NCBI GenBank assembly: GCA_963697335.1
Contig: CAVONQ010000018.1
Span: 416,001-480,000 of the forward strand
DNA from: an uncultured cyanobacterium
Lineage (GTDB): Bacteria; Cyanobacteriota; Cyanobacteriia; PCC-6307; Cyanobiaceae
DNA: 64,000 nucleotides
Reading direction: 5' to 3'
Of the stretch, positions 11,843-26,075 are shown piece after piece (position 1 is the first letter of the stretch; the number at the start of each line of letters is the position of its first letter). The notes under the pieces were generated by a model that was not told the DNA's origin, did not search any database, and worked only from the letters and a program-made list of their open reading frames with translations. The translations under genes were made by a program, and so were the position numbers.

Positions 11843-12184
11843 TCACCGCTCCGTTGAGCGGCTGAAGGCGGCACCGCAGGCGCAGCTCGCAACCCCGTCG
11901 ACGGGGCGCACCAGGAAGCCGCCGCCGCTCAGGTCACCGCGGTAGTCGAGGGTGAGGCCGGTGAGCAGCTCCTGCTGCTCGGCCGGGGCGTAGAGGGTCA
12001 CCCCGTCGGCCCGGGCGATCGGCACCCCCGCCAGGTGGCCGGGGCGCACCCGGATGGTCCAGCGGGCACAGCCACCGTCCACAAGATCCAGATGGATCAG
12101 GCCGGGGGTGCCGGCCACGGCCGCCTGGCGCCCCAGCTCGGCGGCGGCCCTGGCCGAGAGGCGCAGGCTATGGCCCTTGGGCAT
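11843..12184 (-). CDS. HesB/IscA-like (A-type Fe-S carrier-like) protein
   Basis: GGC plus LDY..GGGF plus C-terminal SCACGAAF. Confidence 0.75.
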   Translation of the reverse strand: MPKGHSLRLSARAAAELGRQAAVAGTPGLIHLDLVDGGCARWTIRVRPGHLAGVPIARADGVTLYAPAEQQELLTGLTLDYRGDLSGGGFLVRPVDGVASCACGAAFSRSTER

Positions 12185-12234
12185 CGAGAGCATTCGGTGC
12201 GATCAGCCCAGTGTGACAGGGGCGGATCCCGGTT

Positions 12235-14064
12235 TCAGGGGACCAGGCCCACACCGTTGTGCACCGAACCGGCCACGCCGCGGCCCTTGACCTGGTGGCT
12301 GCCGCCCAGCACCAGGCCGGTGGAGCTGCCGCCGTCCAGATTGAGGGCATCGCGCAGGCCCAGGCCCAACAGCAACTGGGCGGCCTTGCCCAGCGTGGGC
12401 CCACTGTCGTTCACCCCCTCGAGGGTGATCAGCCACACCTCGCGGCCATCGCTGCCCAGCACCGTGCGAGGCGCCCCCTGGCGCAGAAAGCTGGCACTGA
12501 AGGTCTCGGCGGCCCCGTTCAGCACCACCCGCCCGCCCTGCAGCAGCAGCGGCCCACCCCCCACCACCTGGGGCTTGGCGCCGAGAGCTTCGCTGGGGCG
12601 GCTGCTGAGCTCCAGGCGGTTGCCGGGGGTCCAGGGCAGGGTGACCCCACCCCGTCCCACCAGCAGGGTCTCGCCGGGCCGGATGGCCACGCCCTGGGCC
12701 AGTTCAGGGCTGCTCAGCCGCCGCACCACCAGGCCGTCGGGCCCGAGCAGCAGGGCTGTCTCCGAGCCACTCAACGCCCTGTAGACGGTGCCCCAGTCGG
12801 CCGTGTAGCGGCTGACGCCGCGCTGCACGAAGCCGCTGTTCACCACCACAATTGGCAGGCGCGGCCCGCCGGAGCCGCTCACCCATTCCTCAAGCCGCAG
12901 CCGGCCGAAGCTGGGCAATTCCCGGCCACTCCAAGCGGCGACGCCGCGGCCGAGGATCGGCCCGGAGAGCCAGCGGCCATCACGCTTGAGGGCCCCAAGG
13001 GGCAGGCGCCGCACCCGGTTGAAGTAGCCGCCATTGATGGCCACCACAGCCTGGGTCTGGCCGGCCAGCTGGGTCAGGGAGCTCAGCCCCTCCATCGGGC
13101 CGGGGCGCACCAGAGGCCGCAGCTGCAGAGGGGCCGTGCGGGGGTCGATCCGCACGGCATTGATGCGCACCCCATCGCGCACAAGCCGATCCCAGCGCAG
13201 GCTGCGTCCCACCATCGCCAGCACCTGCGGGTCGATCGCCGCCGGCGGCGCGGCGCCCGTGCCCGCCGGGCCGCTGGCGGGAATGTCGATCACCAGGCGG
13301 CTGGGGTCGCCGAGGCTGAAGCTGCGGTTCACGGAGCCGCTGCGGGGCCGCACCGCCACGCCCCGCCCGGCACGCCGCACCACCAGGCCAAGGTTCTGAA
13401 GTTCGCTCAGTTGGGTGGGGCCCAGGTCCACATCCAGCAGCAGGTCAGCACCGCTGCTGCGCACCAGCGCCGGTCCCCCCAGATCCAGCACCAGCCGCCG
13501 CACGCCGGGCTGGCTGCCGCCGCGCACCCGCAGCACCTGGGCCGCCGGCAGGGTCAGTGCCAGTTGACCTCGCTGCAGGGCCACTGCGACCCCCACGGCC
13601 CGCAGCAGGGGCATGGCATCCACGGCCACCTCGTCCTCGAGGCTGCGCTGCTGGGCCGGGGGCACCAGCAACGGCTGGCCGAACCACTCCAGATCCAGGC
13701 TGCCGTCCGGGCGGCTACGGCTGCTCACCCCCAGCTGGTTCTGCAGCACCTCCAGGGGAATCCAGAGCTGCTGCGGTGGACCGGCCTCGGCTCCGAGCCA
13801 GCGCCAGAGGGCCTGCTGTGGCTGGCCGTTGATGCTGATGCTGCTGCCCTGGCGCTCAGCAGCCGTGGCTGCCGACGGGCGCGCAGCCGGAGCCTGGGGC
13901 AGGGGCGGCGGTGGCTGGCGCGGGGCAGCTTGCACGGCTGCCGGTCCCGCAGCTTGGGTTGGCAGCAGCAGGGCGACCATGGCGATCGCGCCGCCGATCC
14001 GCCACGGCCCCCGGGGGCGCCTTGGGCGTGGCTGTGGCGGCCGGCTCGCTCTGACGGAATCCAT
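12235..14064 (-). CDS. Exported phosphodiester glycosidase (NAGPA/DUF2233) family protein
   Basis: AINGGYF, GGGPLL, PRT and ALNLDGGSST motifs; N-terminal signal-like segment; start uncertain. Confidence 0.85.
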   Translation of the reverse strand: MDSVRASRPPQPRPRRPRGPWRIGGAIAMVALLLPTQAAGPAAVQAAPRQPPPPLPQAPAARPSAATAAERQGSSISINGQPQQALWRWLGAEAGPPQQLWIPLEVLQNQLGVSSRSRPDGSLDLEWFGQPLLVPPAQQRSLEDEVAVDAMPLLRAVGVAVALQRGQLALTLPAAQVLRVRGGSQPGVRRLVLDLGGPALVRSSGADLLLDVDLGPTQLSELQNLGLVVRRAGRGVAVRPRSGSVNRSFSLGDPSRLVIDIPASGPAGTGAAPPAAIDPQVLAMVGRSLRWDRLVRDGVRINAVRIDPRTAPLQLRPLVRPGPMEGLSSLTQLAGQTQAVVAINGGYFNRVRRLPLGALKRDGRWLSGPILGRGVAAWSGRELPSFGRLRLEEWVSGSGGPRLPIVVVNSGFVQRGVSRYTADWGTVYRALSGSETALLLGPDGLVVRRLSSPELAQGVAIRPGETLLVGRGGVTLPWTPGNRLELSSRPSEALGAKPQVVGGGPLLLQGGRVVLNGAAETFSASFLRQGAPRTVLGSDGREVWLITLEGVNDSGPTLGKAAQLLLGLGLRDALNLDGGSSTGLVLGGSHQVKGRGVAGSVHNGVGLVP

Positions 14065-14247
14065 CCAGGCCGTGCATGCCAGCCGAAGCTAGCCCTGCCG
14101 CCTAACTGTGCTGTCTCAACCTTTCTGGGCGACAGGGATCCCTAAGATCAAAAACCCTGCTGTCAAGGCTCGGTTGCCGCACGTCCCCCCGGGGCGGTTG
14201 GCCCACCGGTCGGCCGGCTGACATCCCTATTCCAGAAGCCCTGGGCT

Positions 14248-18858
<4,611 letters not shown>

Positions 18859-18888
18859 ACGAGAGAGCAGCCGGGCAGCGGCCCCGGT

Positions 18889-19758
18889 TCAGCGGGGGTG
18901 ACGCGCCATCAGGGCCCGCACCTCTCCGGCGTGATAACTGCTGCGGGTCAAGGGGCTGCTCACCACTTGCAGGAAGCCCAGGTCACCCTCGCCCTGGCGC
19001 CGATAGGCCTCGAACTGGGCGGGGCTCACAAACCGATCCACTGGAAGATGCTTCGGCCCTGGGCAGAGGTACTGGCCGATCGTCACGATGTCCACTGCCT
19101 GGGCGCGCAAATCCCCCAGCACGGTCAGCACCTCGTCATCGTTTTCGCCCAGCCCCACCATCAGCCCGGATTTTGAGTAGGTGCCTGGCCACCCCTGCTT
19201 CACCCGCTGCAGCAGCTCCAGAGACCGTCCGTACAGCCCCTGGGGTCGCACCGTCTTGTACAGGCGCGGCACCGTTTCGATGTTGTGGTTCAGCACATCG
19301 GGTGCTGCGGCCATCACCGTCCCCAGGGCCTGCCAGTCGCCACAGAAATCCGGGATCAGCAGTTCAATCGTGGTGCGGGGGGAGCGTTGGCGTACCTGGT
19401 CCATGCAGGCCACGAACTGGCTTGCCCCGCCGTCAGCCAGGTCGTCACGGTTCACCGAGGTGATCACCACATGGCTGAGGCCGAGCCGGGCCACCGCCTC
19501 TCCCAGCCGCTCCGGCTCGCTGGGGTCAAGGGCCCGCACGCTCTTGTCGAAGTCGATGTCGCAGTAGGGGCAGGCCCTGGTGCAGCCAGGGCCCATGATC
19601 AAGAAGGTGGCGGTTCCCCCGGCGAAGCATTCGCCGATGTTCGGGCAGCTGGCCTCCTGGCAGACCGTGTTGAGCTTCAGATCCTGCAGTAGTTCCGCCA
19701 CCTCGCCGATGCGCTCCCGCTGGGGGGCCTTGACGCGCAGCCACTCGGGTTTCAGCAA
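18889..19758 (-). CDS. lipA: Lipoyl synthase
   Basis: [34 protein letters not shown]. Confidence 0.97.
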   Translation of the reverse strand: MLKPEWLRVKAPQRERIGEVAELLQDLKLNTVCQEASCPNIGECFAGGTATFLIMGPGCTRACPYCDIDFDKSVRALDPSEPERLGEAVARLGLSHVVITSVNRDDLADGGASQFVACMDQVRQRSPRTTIELLIPDFCGDWQALGTVMAAAPDVLNHNIETVPRLYKTVRPQGLYGRSLELLQRVKQGWPGTYSKSGLMVGLGENDDEVLTVLGDLRAQAVDIVTIGQYLCPGPKHLPVDRFVSPAQFEAYRRQGEGDLGFLQVVSSPLTRSSYHAGEVRALMARHPR

Positions 19759-19896
19759 GGGGGCAGACCGGCCCGGAGCAGACCGCAGCAGTGCCCCCTT
19801 ACTCTAGAAAGAGGGTCGCTCCAGAGGCCAGGCTGCCGCTGCCGGCCCCCTCAGCCGCCTTCTGAGCCGTCGGCGGTCCTCTAAAGTCCTGCCCAT

Positions 19897-19970
19897 CGGG
19901 ATGTAGCGCAGCTTGGTAGCGCACTTCGTTCGGGACGAAGGGGCCGCAGGTTCGAATCCTGTCATCCCGA
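19897..19970 (+). tRNA. tRNA-Pro(CGG)
   Basis: CGGGATG/CATCCCG acceptor stem; anticodon arm CTTCG-TT-CGG-GA-CGAAG; GGTTCGAATCC; CCA not encoded. Confidence 0.97.
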
Positions 19971-19977
19971 CTTTGCC

Positions 19978-21834
19978 TCAGCTCAGCTCGGCTCCCGGGT
20001 AGCCCCTGGGCGTCACCATGCGGCCGTCACAGCAGTAGCTGGTGCTGTTCCCCACCAGCACCAGGGTAAGCATGTCCACCGTCTCGATCGGCAGCTCGCC
20101 GAGGGTGTGCAGGCTCACCTGCTCATCCGCACGCCCCAGCTGCCGGGCGATCACCACCGGGGTGCTGGCGGGCCTGGCGGCCAGCAGGATCGCCCTGGCC
20201 TGCCCAAGCTGCCAGTCGCGGTCTCGGGAGCGGGGGTTGTAGAGCGCCACCACGAAATCCCCTGCGGCCGCGCTCCGCAAGCGCTGCTCAATCACCGGCC
20301 ATGGGGTGAGCCGGTCGCTGAGGCTGACGGTGCAGAAATCATGCATCAAGGGGGCTCCCGCCAGGGCCGCCGCCAGTTGGAGTGCCGAGATCCCCGGGTG
20401 CACCGTGAAGGAGGGGCGGGCATCGCCCGCTTGCTCCAGCCACAGCTCCAGGGCCAGACCGGCCATGGCATAGATGCCGCTGTCTCCCGAGGACACCAGG
20501 GCCACGCTTACTCCCTGGTTGGCCAGGTCCAGGGCCAGGCGGCAGCGCTGGCGCTCCTCCGTGAGGCGCCCGTCCAGGCGCAGCTGATCGGGCCTACGCA
20601 GGGGCTCGAGCAGGTCGAGGTAGAGCCCGTAGCCCACCCAGACGCTGGCCTCGGCCAGGGCACGGCGCCCGTCCGGGGTGAGCAGATCCAGCCGCCCCGG
20701 ACCGCTGCCCACCAGGTGCAGGTGGCCCCGTTGGGGAGCCCACTGCTGCTTGGCCAGGGCAATGGCCAGGGTGGCGGCACCCCGTTCCCCAGGGTTGGCC
20801 CGTTCGATCACCTTGGCCTGAAGCAGCTGGGCGCCGGTCCCCGCCGCCAGCAGGGCAGAGGCTTCGGCCACGCTGGCGGTGCCCATCTCGGCGGCCACCA
20901 CGGCCGATGGCGTGGGCACCGCTACGGCGCTCAGGGCGGCGGCCGACAGCCAGCGCAGCGGCCAGTTGCGTTGGCGGGCCAGCTCCAGCAGGGCCGGTTC
21001 ATCGGCCTTGCGGTCGATGCTGGCCAGCCCGGCGATGGCCTCCTCCGCCAGGTTGAGGCCCTGCAGTTGCTGGTTCACCAGCCGCTCCAGCAGGGCCAGG
21101 CTGGTGTGGCGTTCGCAGCCGATCCCGAGCCACAGCCCCGGTGGGTGCCAGCGGCAGCCGGGTCCGCGCTGCACGGTGATCAGCAGCTGGTTCGCCGGAT
21201 CGCCGTCGCTGGGGGCCAAGGCTTGAACTGGCGGCAGACTGCGGCTGGCCTCGAGCTCCAGCCAGCAGCGAATGCCCTGGTTTTGCTGGAGCACCAGCTG
21301 GCTGGGATCCCGGGCCGCTCGCTGCATCAGGGCGCTCCAATCGCCCCCGGGGCCGCGCCGCCAGCCCCATCGTGTCCCGAACTGATCAAGGGCCAGGGTT
21401 CCCGTGCCGCTGCTGCTGCCTGTACGCACCACCTGGCCTCCGAGCAGGGCGGCGACCCGCTCGGCCAGGGCCTCGGCTCCGGCTGCGTGGGCTCCCAGCA
21501 GGGGAATGGCGAACTGGCCCTGGGGATCAAGCACCACCACGGCGGGATCATGGTGCTTGTCCACCAGCAGGGGCGCCACCAGCCGCAGCACCAGGCCACA
21601 GGCTCCCACCACCACAAAGCCGCGGGCCCGCGGCCACTGCTGCTGCAGGGAGGCCCGGGGGCCGGGGGCGTCGTTGCTGCCCACGCGGTGGGCGATCAGG
21701 CCCGCCGCCAGCAGCTGGACCAGTAGCCGATCCCCGTCCTGGCTGAAGCTCAGCCCCCAGACCCCTTCAGGTGCTGCAGCGACGTCCGGCGCCGCCACGA
21801 TCGCGGCCCTGATCGCTTCGCTCACGGGTTCCAC
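19978..21834 (-). CDS. cobJ: CbiG-CobJ/CbiH fusion (precorrin-3B C17-methyltransferase)
   Basis: N-terminal CbiG motifs ([19 protein letters not shown]); C-terminal [34 protein letters not shown]. Confidence 0.93.
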   Translation of the reverse strand: MEPVSEAIRAAIVAAPDVAAAPEGVWGLSFSQDGDRLLVQLLAAGLIAHRVGSNDAPGPRASLQQQWPRARGFVVVGACGLVLRLVAPLLVDKHHDPAVVVLDPQGQFAIPLLGAHAAGAEALAERVAALLGGQVVRTGSSSGTGTLALDQFGTRWGWRRGPGGDWSALMQRAARDPSQLVLQQNQGIRCWLELEASRSLPPVQALAPSDGDPANQLLITVQRGPGCRWHPPGLWLGIGCERHTSLALLERLVNQQLQGLNLAEEAIAGLASIDRKADEPALLELARQRNWPLRWLSAAALSAVAVPTPSAVVAAEMGTASVAEASALLAAGTGAQLLQAKVIERANPGERGAATLAIALAKQQWAPQRGHLHLVGSGPGRLDLLTPDGRRALAEASVWVGYGLYLDLLEPLRRPDQLRLDGRLTEERQRCRLALDLANQGVSVALVSSGDSGIYAMAGLALELWLEQAGDARPSFTVHPGISALQLAAALAGAPLMHDFCTVSLSDRLTPWPVIEQRLRSAAAGDFVVALYNPRSRDRDWQLGQARAILLAARPASTPVVIARQLGRADEQVSLHTLGELPIETVDMLTLVLVGNSTSYCCDGRMVTPRGYPGAELS

Positions 21835-23297
21835 CGCTGGCGCAGCTTGGTCCAGGGGGCCTGGCGCTCAGCTGTGGTCAAGCCGCCGTCGGCCTGGATC
21901 GGCTCCCGGTCGGATGCAGCGGCCGGCCTGCGGTCCTGCTGCGCGCTGGCCGGCCGCGGCTGGTCATCCGGTACGCGCTGCTCGATCGGCTCTGGCGGCG
22001 GGATCGGCTCTCCAGGCTCGCTCTGCCCTGCTTGCCTGCTCTGCTCTGGGCGGCCCGCTCGCTCAGGCTGGCCGGCCTGATCAGCAGCCGCACCGAGGGT
22101 TGGAGGGAGGGTCTGCATGATTGTCCCGTCGTCGTCGCCGTCGTCAGGTTCCCCAGCGGTCTCAGTTTCATCCGGGGGCGCCGCCTTGGCGGGGCTCTGC
22201 TGAGCGGGCGTTGGCTCAGATGCAGGCACCGCCGTCAGGCCCGCGCCGGGCGGCCTGACCCTGGTCTGCTGATCAGAAAGTTGGCTTGCTCGGCTGGCTG
22301 TGGCCTCAGCATTGCTGGAGGCCGGCTCGACGGGCTGCTCCCCCAGGAGCTCGGCCAGGTGCTGGGCGCTCAGGGATGGGGCTTCCCAGGCAGCGGCAGG
22401 AGCCAGCGGGTCGATCCACACCTCCCGCACCAGGCTGTTGAAGGGCGGATTCAGGGGCGCCCCCTGGCCATCCACCAGCTCCAGCAACACCGCGTTGGAG
22501 CCGCTGTGCCAGCCCCTGAGCCAGAGGGGGGTGCTGTCATCCACCAGAAAGCTGTCGCCGTTCACTGTGATGCGCAGCCGCCAGCTCCCATCCCCCGGCC
22601 GCAGCCCCTGCAGCGGGGCATCCCTCAGCAGCCAGTCCACCAGCACGGGTTCGTGCCTGGCGTTCGCCATCGCGGCCGTGGGGATCAACTGGGGGCTGCC
22701 TGGGGCCGGTTGGCTGAGGGAGTTGCTGGCAACCCGTGCCAGCCGGATCTGGTCAAAGGCGCCGGGGGCTTTTGCCGCCTCTCCCCAGGGCCTGGCGGCA
22801 TAGGCACTGATGCGGTGGCTGCCGGCGCCCAGCTCCGGCAGCTCCACCCGGAGGGTGGTGGCCCCTGGGGCTGGAGCTTGGCTGAGGCGGATCGGGTCCC
22901 GATCGTCGATCTGAACCACCACATGGGCGCCCAGCCCCAGGGCGCCCGCATCGGTCAGGGGCCAGTCCCGCACAGCCAGCTCGAGGGTCCAGGGCCCTCC
23001 CTCCAGCAGGCTGTTGTCGGCAGGGGCCTGAATCCGCACCCCTGGCTGATACCGCGCCAGGGCTGTCTGCAGCTGGCTCACGGCTCCCGGAGGCGGCACT
23101 TCTTGCAGCCGGCCCGATGGCGCCATCCGGCTGATCGGCTCAGGTGCCATCGCCTGGGGGCTGGCCCGCAGGGCACGGGTGCCACAGGCAGTGGTCAGCA
23201 GAGAAACCAGCAGCAGGGCAAGGGCCAGCTGGCTGCAGTGTTCCGCGATCCTGGCCAGACACCTGGCCGCAGGCCGGAACCGCCCGTCTGTGATCAC
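21822..23297 (-). CDS. Hypothetical putative lipoprotein with two beta-rich domains and a low-complexity tail
   Basis: Long ORF; hydrophobic stretch ending LLTTAC; PWGE and PFNS segments; start uncertain (GTG 23297 chosen). Confidence 0.7.
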   Translation of the reverse strand: MITDGRFRPAARCLARIAEHCSQLALALLLVSLLTTACGTRALRASPQAMAPEPISRMAPSGRLQEVPPPGAVSQLQTALARYQPGVRIQAPADNSLLEGGPWTLELAVRDWPLTDAGALGLGAHVVVQIDDRDPIRLSQAPAPGATTLRVELPELGAGSHRISAYAARPWGEAAKAPGAFDQIRLARVASNSLSQPAPGSPQLIPTAAMANARHEPVLVDWLLRDAPLQGLRPGDGSWRLRITVNGDSFLVDDSTPLWLRGWHSGSNAVLLELVDGQGAPLNPPFNSLVREVWIDPLAPAAAWEAPSLSAQHLAELLGEQPVEPASSNAEATASRASQLSDQQTRVRPPGAGLTAVPASEPTPAQQSPAKAAPPDETETAGEPDDGDDDGTIMQTLPPTLGAAADQAGQPERAGRPEQSRQAGQSEPGEPIPPPEPIEQRVPDDQPRPASAQQDRRPAAASDREPIQADGGLTTAERQAPWTKLRQRWNP

Positions 23298-23484
23298 CTG
23301 AGCCCTCACCTTGTCTGGCTCCCAGCAAGCGTGCCCGCATTCTGCTGGCCGGGGGCGAAGGAAACCCTCTGGGTTGTCGACGGACTTCTTTCTGGGACAA
23401 CGATGTAACAAAGCACCTGGAAAGTGTTCGGATCTCGTGTCTCTAACTGCCCTAGAGACCCCAGTGCTGGCCTGGGAAAGCGCC

Positions 23485-23538
23485 GGATTGAACCTTTGTA
23501 ACTGGGCGCCCAGGGGGCATGGATTTGGCCCTTATAGT
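23485..23538 (+). promoter_or_regulatory. psaA promoter: -10 TATAGT with upstream HLR1/RpaB-like half-site
   Basis: TATAGT at 23533-23538; TTTGTAAC (reverse complement GTTACAAA) at 23495-23502; second half-site poor. Confidence 0.45.
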
Positions 23539-23544
23539 GCCGCC

Positions 23545-23752
23545 AGCGGTCCCCTACCTGGGGCCCAAAGCCCCAGCCATGGCAACGGATCTCGCGGCTT
23601 CGCGAGCCTGCTGCCGGCTGGAGCCCATGACCGGTCCGGCTCCGGCAGGTCCAGTCATGGGGCCCATCTGTCATCGATCTCCGCCCCGTGCGGATGCGAT
23701 GGCTTCCAGGGGTGGATCACCACCTCGACCCCGTCCCTCGAGGAACGTCTCG
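23545..23752 (+). promoter_or_regulatory. Structured psaA 5' UTR (possible psaA RNA motif)
   Basis: Hairpins CTGGGGC/GCCCCAG, CTCGCG/CGCGAG, CCCATGAC/GTCATGGG and GGGGTGG/CCACCTC. Confidence 0.45.
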
Positions 23753-26056
23753 ATGACCATCAGCCCACCAGAGCGTGGGGAAAAGGCCAAGGCCATGGTC
23801 GACCGGAACCCCGTTCCGGTCTCGTTCGAGCTTTTTGAAAAGCCCGGACACTTCGACCGAACCCTGGCCAAAGGTCCCAAAACCACCACCTGGGTTTGGA
23901 ACCTCCACGCCAACGCTCACGATTTCGACAGCCACACGAGCGACCTCGAAGAGGTCTCTCGCAAAATCTTCTCGGCTCACTTCGGCCATCTGGCCGTCAT
24001 CTTCATCTGGCTGAGCGGTGCCTTCTTCCACGGCGCCCGCTTCTCCAACTACACCGGCTGGCTGGCTGACCCTCTTCACGTCAAGCCTTCAGCCCAGGTG
24101 GTCTGGCCCATCTTTGGCCAGGAAATTCTCAATGGCGATGTGGGTGCCGGCTTCCACGGCATTCAGATCACCTCCGGACTCTTCCATGTGTGGAGGGCCT
24201 GGGGCTTCACCAATGAGTTCCAATTGCTTTGCACGGCAATCGGCGCTCTGGTGATGGCCGGCCTGATGCTCAACGCCGGCGTCTTCCATTACCACAAAGC
24301 TGCCCCCAAGCTCGAGTGGTTCCAGAACGTTGAGTCGATGCTCAACCACCATCTGGCTGGACTGCTGGGCCTCGGCTCCCTGTCCTGGACAGGACACCTG
24401 CTGCATGTGTCCCTGCCCACCACGGCCCTGATGGATGCGATTGATGCCGGCCAACCGCTGGCCATCAACGGCAAGACCATCGCCTCCTATGCCGACATCC
24501 CGCTGCCCCACGAGTTCATCAACCAGGATGTGCTCTCGCAGCTCTATCCAGGATTCGGTGCCGGTATCTCCGCCTTCTTCACCGGTAATTGGGCGGCCTA
24601 CAGCGATTTCCTCACCTTTAAGGGTGGTTTGAATCCTGTGACAGGCAGCCTCTGGATGACAGACATTGCGCATCACCACCTGGCGATCGCCGTGCTGTTC
24701 ATTGTGGCGGGCCACATGTACCGCACCAACTGGGGTATTGGCCACAGCATCAAAGAAATCCTCGAAGGTCAGAAGGGCGACCCCCTGCTGTTCCCGGCCC
24801 CCAAGGGCCACGATGGTCTGTTTGAGTTCATGACTACCAGCTGGCATGCCCAGCTCGGCGTGAACCTGGCCCTGCTCGGCTCGCTGACCATCATCGTGGC
24901 GCATCACATGTATGCGATGCCGCCCTATCCCTACATCGGGATTGATTACCCCACTCAGGTTTCACTCTTCACCCACCACATGTGGATTGGAGGTTTCCTG
25001 ATCGTTGGCGCCGGTGCCCACGCTGCCATTGCCATGGTGCGTGACTATGACCCGGCCAAACACATCGATAACGTGTTGGATCGCGTCCTCAAGGCCCGCG
25101 ATGCCCTGATCAGTCACCTGAACTGGGTGTGCATCTTCCTGGGCTTTCACAGCTTCGGGTTCTACGTCCACAACGACACCATGCGTGCCCTGGGCCGGCC
25201 CCAGGACATGTTCAGCGACTCCGCCATTGCCCTGAAGCCCATCTTCGCGCAGTGGATCCAGGGTCTGCACGCCGCTGCAGCCGGCAGCACCGCTCCCAAC
25301 GCCCTCGCCGGTGTCAGTGAAGTGTTCAATGGCGCCGTGGTGGCGGTGGGTGGCAAGGTTGCCGCTGCGCCGATCCCCCTGGGCACGGCGGACTTCATGG
25401 TCCACCACATCCACGCCTTCACGATCCACGTCACCGTGCTGATCCTGCTGAAGGGTGTGCTCTACAGCCGCAGCTCCCGCCTCGTTCCCGACAAGGCGAA
25501 CCTCGGTTTCCGCTTCCCCTGCGACGGCCCCGGCCGTGGCGGTACTTGCCAGGTGTCGGCTTGGGACCACGTGTTCCTCGGCCTGTTCTGGATGTACAAC
25601 TCCCTGTCGATCGTGATCTTCCACTTCTCCTGGAAGATGCAGAGCGACGTGTGGGGCACCGTCAATGCTGACGGCACCGTCCAGCACATCACCAACGGCA
25701 ATTTTGCCCAGAGTGCCATCACCATCAATGGTTGGCTGCGTGACTTCCTGTGGGCCCAGGCCGCTCAGGTGATCAACAGCTATGGCTCGAGCTCCAGTGC
25801 CTATGGCCTGATGTTCCTGGGTGCCCACTTCATCTGGGCCTTCAGCCTGATGTTCCTGTTCAGTGGCCGCGGCTACTGGCAAGAGCTGATTGAGTCCATC
25901 GTCTGGGCTCACAACAAGCTGAAGGTGGCGCCGGCCATTCAGCCCCGCGCCCTTTCCATCACCCAGGGCCGTGCCGTGGGTGTCGCCCATTACCTGCTGG
26001 GCGGCATCGCGACCACTTGGTCCTTCTTCCTGGCCCGCATGATTGCGGTCGGCTGA
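23753..26056 (+). CDS. psaA: Photosystem I P700 apoprotein A1
   Basis: MTISPPER start; [17 protein letters not shown] motif. Confidence 0.99.
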   Translation: MTISPPERGEKAKAMVDRNPVPVSFELFEKPGHFDRTLAKGPKTTTWVWNLHANAHDFDSHTSDLEEVSRKIFSAHFGHLAVIFIWLSGAFFHGARFSNYTGWLADPLHVKPSAQVVWPIFGQEILNGDVGAGFHGIQITSGLFHVWRAWGFTNEFQLLCTAIGALVMAGLMLNAGVFHYHKAAPKLEWFQNVESMLNHHLAGLLGLGSLSWTGHLLHVSLPTTALMDAIDAGQPLAINGKTIASYADIPLPHEFINQDVLSQLYPGFGAGISAFFTGNWAAYSDFLTFKGGLNPVTGSLWMTDIAHHHLAIAVLFIVAGHMYRTNWGIGHSIKEILEGQKGDPLLFPAPKGHDGLFEFMTTSWHAQLGVNLALLGSLTIIVAHHMYAMPPYPYIGIDYPTQVSLFTHHMWIGGFLIVGAGAHAAIAMVRDYDPAKHIDNVLDRVLKARDALISHLNWVCIFLGFHSFGFYVHNDTMRALGRPQDMFSDSAIALKPIFAQWIQGLHAAAAGSTAPNALAGVSEVFNGAVVAVGGKVAAAPIPLGTADFMVHHIHAFTIHVTVLILLKGVLYSRSSRLVPDKANLGFRFPCDGPGRGGTCQVSAWDHVFLGLFWMYNSLSIVIFHFSWKMQSDVWGTVNADGTVQHITNGNFAQSAITINGWLRDFLWAQAAQVINSYGSSSSAYGLMFLGAHFIWAFSLMFLFSGRGYWQELIESIVWAHNKLKVAPAIQPRALSITQGRAVGVAHYLLGGIATTWSFFLARMIAVG

Positions 26057-26075
26057 CCTTTCCTGACCTTTCCCA

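Noticed and set aside
14065..14247. NtcA box or glutamine riboswitch upstream of glutamate synthase
   Set aside because: No GTA-N8-TAC and no glnA-motif-like sequence seen; only a -10-like TAAGAT at 14143-14148.
23519..23752. 78-aa N-terminal extension of PsaA in the ORF track
   Set aside because: The canonical MTISPPER start is at 23753 behind GAGGA; the extension is UTR that happens to lack a stop. The same applies to the extended tuf, rpoA, rplC, rplE and psaI ORFs.
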